From contig JBHGNT010000011.1 of assembly GCA_043228905.1 (NCBI GenBank), positions 17,918,001 to 17,982,000 of the forward strand: a stretch of DNA of 64,000 nucleotides, read 5' to 3'. Made by a program: the position numbers and the translations under genes. Position 1 is the first letter of the stretch. Every line of letters starts with the position of its first letter. This DNA is from Azolla caroliniana (Eukaryota > Plantae > Polypodiophyta). This document shows positions 27,729-37,528 of the stretch, in pieces. The notes under the pieces were generated by a model, which saw only the letters and a list, made by a program, of their open reading frames with translations, searched no databases and was not told where the DNA came from.

Positions 27729-28436
27729 TTAGTAATGGAACCAGCCATATCTGGTAATGCCGAGGATGTAGATGACTACGGCGAGCTGTAAGAGGAGGGC
27801 GACAGAGAGGAAAGTGAAGCCAGTGATTCGGCCGATTTCCTTATTATTGCCTTGCGTTGGTGACGGTGATGGACTGGGGGCCATGGCGGGGGGGACACCT
27901 GCTCCTGTGGGAGAGACGTTCGTGGAAGTAGGAGGAGGAGGAGAAGAAGAATCGGGAGGAGGAGGAGGAGGAGGAGAGAGGAGGAGAAGGAGGAGAAGGA
28001 GGAGAAGGAGGAGAGAGAAGAGAAGAATCAGGAGGAGGAGGAGGAAGAGGAGGAGGAGAGGAGGAGAGAGAAGAGGAGGAGGAGAAGAGGAGGAGGAGAG
28101 GAGGAGGAGAGGAGAAGGAGGAGGAGGAGGAGGAGAGGAGATGGAGATGGAGAGAGGAGAAGGAGGAAGGAGGAGGATAAGGAGAAGGAGGAGGAGAGGA
28201 GGAGGAGAGAGGAGGAGATGAGAGAGGAGAGGAAGAGGAGAAGGGGGATCCTTGTTCAAAACAACTGTAGCCTGTTGCGGTTGAGTTTGGCTTGTGACTA
28301 GGGCATGATGGGGCTGTGGTAGATGCAGTATCCAGATCATAATCAGTACCATTCTCACATAATTATGAAGGCCGGCGGCAGTGGCGGTAGCAGCGCGTCC
28401 ATTGGAGATAATGCCTCCACGAAGTAGTGCCGCCAT
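27729..28436 (-). CDS. Pro-rich single-pass membrane protein, paralog 3, with an expanded (CCT)n low-complexity core
   Basis: ATG at 28436 (MAALLRG), the same signal region as paralog 2, and TM IGRITGFTFLSVALLLQLAVVIYILGITRYGWFHY*. Internal Leu runs look like local frame slips in the GGA microsatellite. Confidence 0.72.
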   Translation of the reverse strand: MAALLRGGIISNGRAATATAAGLHNYVRMVLIMIWILHLPQPHHALVTSQTQPQQATVVLNKDPPSPLPLLSHLLLSPPPLLLLLLILLLPPSPLSISISSPPPPPPSPLLLLSSSSSPPPLLSPPLLLLFLLLLLILLFSLLLLLLLLLLLLSPPPPPPPDSSSPPPPTSTNVSPTGAGVPPAMAPSPSPSPTQGNNKEIGRITGFTFLSVALLLQLAVVIYILGITRYGWFHY

Positions 28437-28758
28437 AAAATAAAGAAATCTGTTAATCCGGTAACCGAATCCCCCAACCACACAACTGCTCACGGATCCG
28501 TTGGACCACAGCCTCCCCCTCCTCCTCCTCACTCCTCCTCCTTCTTCTTCTTCTTGGCAAGTATGATTTATGGTGATTATGCTGTGTAATCTCTTCTTCT
28601 TCTTCTTGGCAAGTATGATTTATGGTGATTATGCTGTGTAATCGCGCCCTGATGATGATGACCAGACCAGATCAGATCAGATGGCTCTTTCTCCTGCGTC
28701 TTCTGTTTTCCATTGCTCCATTGTGATCCATTGAAGCTCGTGTTGACCGTGGCTAGGA

Positions 28759-28858
28759 NNNNNNNNNNNNNNNNNNNNNNNNNNNNNNNNNNNNNNNNNN
28801 NNNNNNNNNNNNNNNNNNNNNNNNNNNNNNNNNNNNNNNNNNNNNNNNNNNNNNNNNN
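28759..28858. other. Assembly gap (100 N)
   Basis: Run of N. Confidence 1.
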
Positions 28859-30404
28859 CATGGGGTGCAATAATAGGTCCATGGGTTAAAAGGAAATTTG
28901 ATTTGACCATTTTTGCAACTAAGCTTTTTGAGTATCTTCTTCCCAGAAGGAGTTGCCTTTATGTCACTTTTGTATTCGAACACCTCATAGAAACCTTGCT
29001 ATAAGATACTTCCTATGGGGGGTTTCTATATCGTCATATTGTTTTAATATAGCCATATGTTTGCGAACGCGCGCGCGCGTGCGTGTGTGTGTGTGTGAGA
29101 GAGAGAGAGAGATGAGACCAAAAATATTACATTTTACATGATACGTGTGAAAGTGAGTAGCGACTCTCGATGTTCATGAACTTTACCAATAAATGTTGCA
29201 ATCAAGAGTGCACATTGTGGTTGTGAGAGAAATTCGTGCAAGGATTGGGCTCAGTTGAAGAGATGTGGAAAGCATGGTCGAATATGATTAAAGGCTAAGT
29301 ATTTTATCAAAGTGTGATACTCACACTCTCGAACTTGTTTAGGAAAAAATGTGCATAGTCGGCCACTCTCATCACTTTTGCCCCAACGCCCCGTCTCACA
29401 TCGTAATGCATGTGAACTAAGTTGCATGGAAGCAATGGTTCAAATGATAGATAACAGGATGGGCTCTAACATGTATCGATGTGTACGGTTTCCCCATTCC
29501 ACGAAGAATATGGTTTTGTAGTTAGGTGCAACATGTGTGAAGCATGAGACTCCACATTTTTCCCATGTCATGATACATTGGCGTTGCAAAAAGGCCTATT
29601 TTACAAATGAATCTAGTAATGCATCATGAAGCAAGTGTCGTGCATCCCATCTACCAAACCATTTTTCTATATCTTGCATCAAACCTAAACACAACGTATT
29701 TATGCGTCTTTTGGATATTTTTGCTTGCTTCCCATGCAATTTTAGGAAGTCAATGTGACGAACTTTTTTGAATCTTAAGCATGTATTCAACAACCCTTTC
29801 CATGGCCATGATCTCAATGGGAAGCGATTGTCACATTCTAGACTTGAACCTATGACTTTTAACACACATAGTACATTGTGTTGTGTTGACCATATGAAAA
29901 CTCTTGTGAACTGTCACAGACACACCAAGCGTGAACTGGGACGGAGCACAAATGATGAGGCTATGAACTTGGAGCTAGAAGTGACGAGGCGAGGAACTCT
30001 AAAAGTTGTGAGCGATATGAGAGCATGAAGACGTAGAGCTAGAAGTGACAAAGCTAGAAACAAGACAAAGATAAAGATCAGCGAGACAAGATGGGGTGAA
30101 ACGAGAATACTAGATTGATGTGTCAATGACTGTTGTTGGTCCCTTTCATCATTGCTCGCTTGCATTGCACTTTTGTTATAGTTCAAGTCTCGCGCCACTT
30201 TTTGTTGGTGAGGACCGATTTCGATCACTCATCTTCTAGTTTCGGTGGGGGTCACAACCGTTTTCTTGGTGGGGATCGCGTGGGTTTCTCGCTAGCATTA
30301 CCGTTTGTGTCGTGTCTTGGGTCAACCTCAACTATTTACCCTCTCATAATAGAAGAAGTCGAGTCGACCGCTTCACTTGCACTCCTTCGCCTTTTGTTAT
30401 TCTA

Positions 30405-31052
30405 GTTCTCGTTGAGGGACACATGGTCGCTCACGTTTGTTCGTGTTCAATTCTCAGTGAGGGCCGCATGGTCGCTCACGCCTGTTCGTGTTCACTTCTC
30501 GGTGAGGGACGCATGGTCGCATCCGTTCGTGTTCCAGTTCTCGGTGAGGGCCACATGGTCGCTCATGTCTGTTCGTGTTCCGGTTCTCAGTGAGGGCCGC
30601 ATGCTCGCTCACGCCCGTTGGTGTTTGTGTTCCAACTCTCGGCGAGGACCGACATGATCTCTCATGCACGTTGGTGTTCGTGTTCGTGAGGACCGCACAT
30701 GGTCACTCATGCCCGTTGTTATTCATGTTCCAGTCTCCTCACCAGTCTCCAGTGAGGACCGCACATGGTCGCTCTCTCCAGCTATTGTTCGTGTTCCAGA
30801 TCCCGCCAAGGACTGACATGGTGGCTCATGCATCCTTCTATTCATGTTCCAGATCCCAGTGAGGACCACACATGGTCGCTCACGCCTGTTGGTGGTCGTG
30901 TTCCAACTCTCGGCGTGTACCGACATGGTCTGTAATGCCCGTTGGTGTTCGTGTTCCCCGTGAGGACCACACATGGTCACTCACGCCCGTTGGTATTCGT
31001 GTTCTAGTTCCCGATGAGGACTCCACATGGTCGCTCATGCCCGTTGGTGTTC
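30405..31052. repeat. Array of about 13 degenerate 42-65 bp tandem units inside the LTR element
   Basis: Recurring core GTGAGG(A/G)CC..CATGGTCGCTCAC followed by gcc(c/t)gtt(c/g)gtgttc linkers. Confidence 0.9.
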
Positions 31053-31323
31053 AATACCTCATCTTCTGGAAGGGTTACTTATTGTCTAGGATTTAAAAAA
31101 TACTTTGGAGGTGGTCTAAGATTTTCATCAATAGTATCCCCTTAAGCCAAGGACCGATTTGGGAAGGCGGCGTAAGAGGGGGGATAATGTCACATTCTAA
31201 ACTCGAACCTCTAACTTTTAACACACACATTACATTGTGTTATGTCAACCATATGAAAACTCTTGCGAACTATCCACATTCAATTGTGAACTTAAATATA
31301 TTGTAGAGTCTAGTGTATAGTAC

Positions 31324-31422
31324 ATTCGAGAATATTCTAGTCATTAGTATATTCTAGAATTATTTTGTGGTATATTCTCGAGTATATTCTAGAGATATTC
31401 AATCTCGGAAATTGTATAAATA
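31324..31422 (+). promoter_or_regulatory. Heat-shock-element cluster and TATA box in the LTR U3 region
   Basis: Perfect three-unit HSE aTTCgaGAAtaTTCt at 31324-31338, further TTCtaGAA-type units to about 31400, and TATAAATA at 31415-31422. Confidence 0.55.
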
Positions 31423-32539
31423 CTTGTAACATCCTTGTTCCCTTTCAAGGGATTCAACGACAGTCATTGACACATCAATTTAGTATTCTCGTTTCACCCC
31501 TTCTTGTCTCATTGATCTTTACCTTTGTCTCGTTTCTAACCTTGTCACTTCTAGCTCTTTGTCTTCATGCTCTCATATCGCTCACAACTTCTCGAGTTCC
31601 TAGCCTCATCACTTCTAGCTCCAAGTTTGTAGCCCGTTGTTCATAGCCTCATCATCTGTGCTCCGTCCCAGTCCGCACTTGGTGTGTCCGTGACAATGAT
31701 CATGTCTCAAGCAAGAGGAGGGTGTATGGCGTTTGTTTCTTAACTTGTAGAAACTTTGTAAGAAAATGTTTTTGGACATTTTCAAACTCTTTCCACGTAG
31801 ATTTAGGGATGCTATCGTCCCATACTTCCACCCAATAGAGAAGAACTGGTGTCACCAAAGTGTCAAAAAGATATTTCTCGAGGACCAAACACTTAATATT
31901 TCCAAGATTGCATGTGTTCTCAAATGCATAGTATACTTGTTTACCCGCCTCTAAGCGGTGTGTAGCACATTCATTGCATCTATGATTTGAAGGAACTTCA
32001 AGGCCAATATATTTAAAGCTTTCCACACATTCAAGTGGCTCATCGTTGTACATAATGCATGGTTTATCTCTTTGAGAGAGAGAGAGAGAATTTAAAGGGA
32101 GTACTAATGCAACAATTTTCTTTATTGGAGCAAGTGGAAATTCTTTCCTCAACGGAATGTTTGTCTTGCATGTTGTCAACTACTCATGTAGTTAGTGGGT
32201 GACCATACTCCATTGTGACACCTATTGCAAGTTGTGTTTTTTACACTTTTATTAATATAATTGTATGTTTTCACCAGAGAGAGAGAGAGAGTATGAAATG
32301 ATGAACTTTTCAAAGTTGGTGTATGATTCTGGATGTAATTCATTATCGCTTTACCTAAATAAGCATACTAACAACATGAAGTCCTCATCAGTATTGAAAT
32401 CGAACCTTGCATGCCTCTTTCAAAAGAATGAGTAGCAATAGGAATTCTAATAATATGTGGGAGTTCCATGACCTTCCAAGCCTCTTTGAGCTGTTAATCA
32501 CGGAAATTCCCATTAATGATATACAACACGTCAAATAAC

Positions 32540-32830
32540 TAACAATGTTATAATGGAAGCAACACAAAGATCCATTACCACATGATATCATGTTTGGGTT
32601 ATGCGAGATGGCAAAGTAACGAATGGGATCTAACATGTATCGATGAGTGTGGATTTCCGCGTTCGGAGACTAAAATGAGGTTGCACTTTTGTTGAAACAT
32701 ATGTAATATAACGTGTGAATACGAGTTTTCTATATAAGGAGTGATAAGGTTGGTGTTGCAAGAAAGCATCATTCACATAGGAATGTACTGATGCATCAGG
32801 TAGCAAATCTGATGCATCCCATCTTCTAAG
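32540..32830 (-). mobile_element. Older fragment of the same LINE family as 29430-29660
   Basis: Shared strings atggaagcaa, tctaacatgtatcgatg.gtg and tgcatcccatct. Confidence 0.55.
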
Positions 32831-33082
32831 TCAAATTTTCATAATGGTATTTAGATAGGTAAACGAGGATTTAATGTCGTCAAAGACATAGAAACATGAG
32901 CGGTTTGTGGAGAGATGTGAGGAGGGTTAAGTCAGGTTGTCCGATAGGTGGGGTGAGAGGAATGGAAGGGATAGAAAAAACAAGAGGTTTTCAGAAGCTT
33001 GGAAAGTCAAAAGCTTAATATTGTGTTGAGGAGGAGGTATGTAGTTATAAAGTTAGTGGTGGAGTCCATCATTTTGGCAGCG

Positions 33083-33384
33083 TATATAAATTGAAAGCCA
33101 CAATACAACAATGTCTTGGTGATCCAGCAATAGCCACGACATCTACCATTATACTCTGTTTTTCTGCTCGTTCTTTTTTTTTTTTTTTTTTCTTTTTCTT
33201 TTAAATTTGAAGTCACAGAAGGCCAGCATCCTCTGTTTCCCTCTCACAAACAAAGACGAACCCAAATTACTCTGTTTTGCTCTCAAAACAAACACCAAAA
33301 ATCAGATACTCTGCTCCTTACAAACAAAGAAGAAAGCAATATACGATTACCCAGACAAAGATAAAGATTGCCCAAAACACAGGT
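33083..33384 (+). promoter_or_regulatory. Probable HMA5 core promoter and non-coding first exon
   Basis: TATATAAA at 33083-33090 and a strong donor CAG|GTAAGG at 33382/33383. A matching pyrimidine-rich acceptor (tttactag) ends at 37523, 5 nt before the HMA5 ATG. Confidence 0.5.
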
Positions 33385-35269
33385 AAGGCTTGTTTACCAT
33401 TCTTTTCTGTTTATCCAAGGTTTCTGAAAAAGAAGCAATTTTGATAGATAGAATATGTCTATGGGATGGACATAGGTTACGTATGAAGCAAATGGATTTT
33501 ATCTTTGCAATGAATACTTGAAAGTTCTTGGCCACGAATCGTCGGATAAGACATAGAGATAGATATAGATATGGATACATAAATATAGAGATAGAGATAT
33601 CAATTGCGAAAGTGATAGAGACAGATATAGATATAGGGATGGGGATAGAGATAGGGATAGGGGTTGAGACAATGATAAAGACCTAATAATTGTTAATATC
33701 TCAGGGGTTTAACCTGGATTAAAAGAGAGGCCAATTGGAACTATGGGAGACAACAGAATCTCTCCCTGGAGTTGAGCAGTGCAAACAAAATAAGGGTATA
33801 GTTTGTGTAACTTTTAGAAAAGAGAGAAAGCAAGAGCTATTTGTTAATGTCTCTGAAAGGCCATAATGGCCTATGTGATCCGACAAGGATCAGGACTTCT
33901 TAGGTTAACTTGTCTATGCAGGAGATAAAAGGAAAATGTCTATGCTCACTAGATTGCTAAAGTTAAATGTCTTGAACATGTCCTATATATTCATGTATCC
34001 ATATCATCATGTGGTATGTGGAAACAGTATATTCAAAGAGGTTGAATGGTAGGAGTAGCCTCAGATAGAACAATATTAGATAGATTGGGTGTCAAAAAAC
34101 ACATATGACTACTTTTGATGGAATAAAGCAGATGTAACCTAATGTGTATATGTGAAATATTAAATCATTGAAGATTTTAATCACACGTGTTGTGTGGCCT
34201 TACCTCATCCAAGTTACCACCGAGCTTATGTAAATTATAGTCGCGTCATAAATAAAATCACAATGGCATACGGTCTTCCAATTTCTACGGGTTTTGCTAT
34301 GGATTTCCCAGAGACAGTAATAATCTCGATTGGATTGAGATAGGTATATCATGATATGTCATACCTAGAACTGTCTTTGTCTCGTCGTTGCTGGAAGTAG
34401 AAGATTGAGGGCAAAATGAGCCCACTCTTTACACGATCTAACCAATAGATTTTGTAACTCAATAGATCATATCGATAGAATTGAGTTTGGTCTACTAACA
34501 TCTACATTCATGGCAAAAGTGCCATGCATCCGGTGAGAAAATGAATTTTATCATGTTTGAGGGGAAGGTTCATAATCGATTTGACGACTCGATAAATTAA
34601 AATTGGAATTCGATTGTGACTGATACTTGGAAATTAGTAATATTTCTTACTAAACAGTGTGTTAATAGTTCTTTCGTACTATGAAGGAGATCGGAGCTTT
34701 CCCTACAAAGTATCGACAATCTAGTTCGTTTTTTACATCGGTGCCAACCTACCGATTTGACCAAACACCAAACTTGCAGTGATAGTCTACTATCATGCGT
34801 AAAAGAATGTGGAGTATACAAATGTCAGGGAAAGACCTGTATGAATAAGAACAATATCATCTCTATAAAAACAAAATAGGTAGGAAAGTAATTAGAACAG
34901 GGCATTGCTGTATTACCCAGAATGTGTATCACCAAAAGAGTGATAGAGAGAAAGAAACCAATCACCCTGATATGACTGGTGTAACTAAAGAAGGGGGGGT
35001 ATCCTTGTTTTGAAGTGAGAGAGTGAATGAGAGAAAGAAAGAAAGAAATGTTAATGTGTTTTAAGAGGCCAAAATGGCCTTTAAGACCAAACAAGAGATT
35101 ACATCTTAAGTGTTGTCTCGTTTTTTATAACAAAAAATCAAAATAAATAAATGTTAAGTAAAAATGTAAACACGATAAAAAGAGACTAAAGAATCTTGTT
35201 ATGGGTACCTGTAAGATTCTCAAGTCAGATATATTGTAATTTTTGTCTTCGAAAGATCTTTAGCACAGG

Positions 35270-36730
35270 TTGATCCAGAATGGAGAGGTCTTTGAACCGA
35301 GGGAAACACCTGCGATGGTCAGAGATAATGGCCTTTATCTGTCAATGATAAAGGTGGTGAGATTGTGATCTATGGGGCTAGGGCCTATGTGCACGACAGA
35401 GTGCTATTGCCCAATCTATTGTAACCCCTTTGTTATGTCCTGGTCAGGAGCCCATTTGTGTAGCCCTTATTGACTTGTAGCATGAATAGGAGTGATGGGG
35501 TTGAAGAAAGTTGTGATTGTTCTTTGTTGATGAGCTTGTGGTTGTATTGTTGTCCTTCAACAACTTTTCCTTGTGTCTCGAATTCTAGTTAGAAAAGTCC
35601 CAAGCAATGTTGGTTGTCATACTCCACTACCTTTTATAGTGGGCCAAAGCCTTGTTTAAAGAGGCAATTATATCTCTCTCTTATTTCATAAACAAACACT
35701 ATACAATGGCAAACATAGTGTTTTTCATATTCCATTCCCTGATGACACAATTGGCAAATTCTTTCTTCTAGAAGTATTTGTGTGTATCTGTCTACCTCAA
35801 TCTCTAACTGATGTGATGAATTCACAGCTGCCCTATTAGACTGTGCAGCGCATAGGATAGATGTATGTCTGTGTAAGATGGCTTGATGATGAATCCATTC
35901 TCCAATGTGTGTAAAAAGTGTCTTATAGTGGGCCATCTACATACCAAGTGATATTTTGGGGCTGATCCATGTTATCTTGTTTTCCTAGTTAATAATATCA
36001 GTTCAAATCACTTTGTTCTTCCCACCTTGGTCATGTTTAGATGGGAACAATCCAAGCTATATTGGAATAAGGGTAATGCATTTATTCTTATGCCATGTGA
36101 CTCGGACCATGTGGCATAATGAATGTCTGCATGTTCAACAAGTTGTTTTGATGATATAACTGCCAACCTTGAGCACCTTCCTTTAAGGAGCTCCCAAAGC
36201 CATTGGATACAAGTAACTGATCGGAATAATGCATCGATGATATATGGGCTGCTCCCATTTTCTGCTCAGATTCGTGGGACACTGATGTTTTGCCCCTTAC
36301 TGTGCGAGCAATCATTGAGACTAAATGTCTCTCTAAATCTTTCGAGTTATTTGCCTTATTAAGACTCAGTCCTCATGTTTCTACTCCATAGACAAGAGTT
36401 GGTGTCACTAGTGTATCAAATTGCCACAATTTAGTATGTGGCTCTTGGAATTGCAAATGTGCACATTAGGGCTGCATATCCACGAGAAAGTCAACCTGCC
36501 GTAAGTAGAACCTAGGCCCTATAAATGTTACTCCTAGGTATGTGTAGGAGTGTGTCTATGCTACCTTTTCCTCTCCCAAGAAGAATTCTGGTTCTGATCT
36601 TGCCACCCATTCTTGAGTGGCGTTAAACACCATCACATAAGTTTTATCCATGTTTATCAACAAATGTTTGTTCATACAAAATACTTTTAAGGCATTAGAT
36701 GTCTTTGTAGACCCTTTGGAGAGTCAGAAA
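35270..36730 (-). mobile_element. Decayed LINE (RT C-terminus plus Cys/His C-terminal domain)
   Basis: Remnants SDSPKGLQRHL...INMDKT.VMVFN and [39 protein letters not shown] second copy lies at 40705-42005. Confidence 0.8.
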
Positions 36731-37290
36731 CTAATGTGGGTGGGGAATTGGAGGCTGCCCCAGGATATCACATGTGGGTGGGGAGTCATGAATTGCACTA
36801 TATGCAGAGCATGTAAAAGCAAGTGATACTCATTCTGTACTAGCCCTTCCTTGCATACCTTACATACCTTCATATTTGGTTGATTTTGATTCCATAACTC
36901 AACTTCAATATCTAGGTTGTGTGATCAAGTGCAAAGGAGTGTTAGGGCACTACGTGAGTTAATATGCATGTTAGTAATGAGGTAAGGTTGAATACGATCA
37001 TTAGGCCTTCTTGCCTAATATAGAACCCAACACTCAAGATTGATATTTGCAATATATTATTCTTATTTTGTCCTTTTAGCATCTTTCCACTTCTTCCTTA
37101 GTGGGTCCATTAATCTTTCCTCAATAACTACATATTTCATAGCATCACTTGGAAGCTCTAGGAGATCTTCCACATCCCATTTTTTGAATCGTTTTTTGAC
37201 ATCAAACTACCCAACTGGATGAGAGAATTTTGAGAGATAGATAGATAGATAGATTGATTATATTATCGTCTTCGGAGGTCAAATATGACC

Positions 37291-37400
37291 TATGAGACCA
37301 AAAATATTACATTTCACGTGATACGTGTGAAAGTGAGTAGCGACTCTCGATGTTCAAAAAATTTACCAATGAGAGAAATTCGTGCAAGGATTGGGCTTCA
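37291..37400 (-). mobile_element. Short internally deleted fragment of the 29110 LINE 3' end
   Basis: atgagaccaaaaatattacattt.ac.tgatacgtgtgaaagtgagtagcgactctcgatgttca and gagagaaattcgtgcaaggattgggct match 29112-29251. It is followed by a (GA)n run of about 70 bp. Confidence 0.8.
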
Positions 37401-37407
37401 CACTTAT

Positions 37408-37483
<76 letters not shown>

Positions 37484-37528
37484 AAACTTCACCTTTTGTT
37501 TACCTTCCCTTATGATTTACTAGGCAAT

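Larger units (their letters stand above)
29829..31695 (+). mobile_element. Non-autonomous, rearranged Ty3/gypsy chromovirus-type LTR element
   Basis: Intact 3' LTR at 31188-31695 (TGTCAC...GTGACA) preceded by the PPT AAGAGGGGGGA. The 5' LTR start at 29829-29911 matches 31188 onward. Chromodomain remnant QYLIFWKGY...DFHQ.YPLKP at about 31052-31150. Degenerate 5-bp TSD gcgat/atgat. Confidence 0.85.
29110..32072 (-). mobile_element. 5'-truncated non-LTR retrotransposon ORF2, interrupted by an LTR element at 29829-31695
   Basis: PLECVESFKYIGL...LFDTLVTPVLLY.VEVW...PYTLLLLET (31700-32070) resumes across the insertion as SLPIEIMAMERVVEYML...MQDIEKWFGRWDA. It continues to the C-terminal SSHALRCETGRWG...RLC...EYHTLI motif. 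Confidence 0.85.

Noticed and set aside
27772-28221. Arg/Gly/Glu-rich plus-strand ORFs (also 24438-24632 and 20055-20288)
   Set aside because: Antisense shadows of the Pro-rich genes' microsatellites; the frames are not conserved between paralogs.
30312-30657. Cys/His-rich repeat ORFs (EGHMVAHVCSCS) suggesting a metallothionein-like peptide near the Cu-ATPase
   Set aside because: These are translations of the tandem repeat. Unit lengths are not consistently multiples of three and all frames give similar short ORFs.
30405-31052. CRISPR-like array of palindromic repeats
   Set aside because: Linkers are homologous to each other rather than unique spacers, repeats are degenerate, there are no cas genes, and the array lies inside a plant LTR element.
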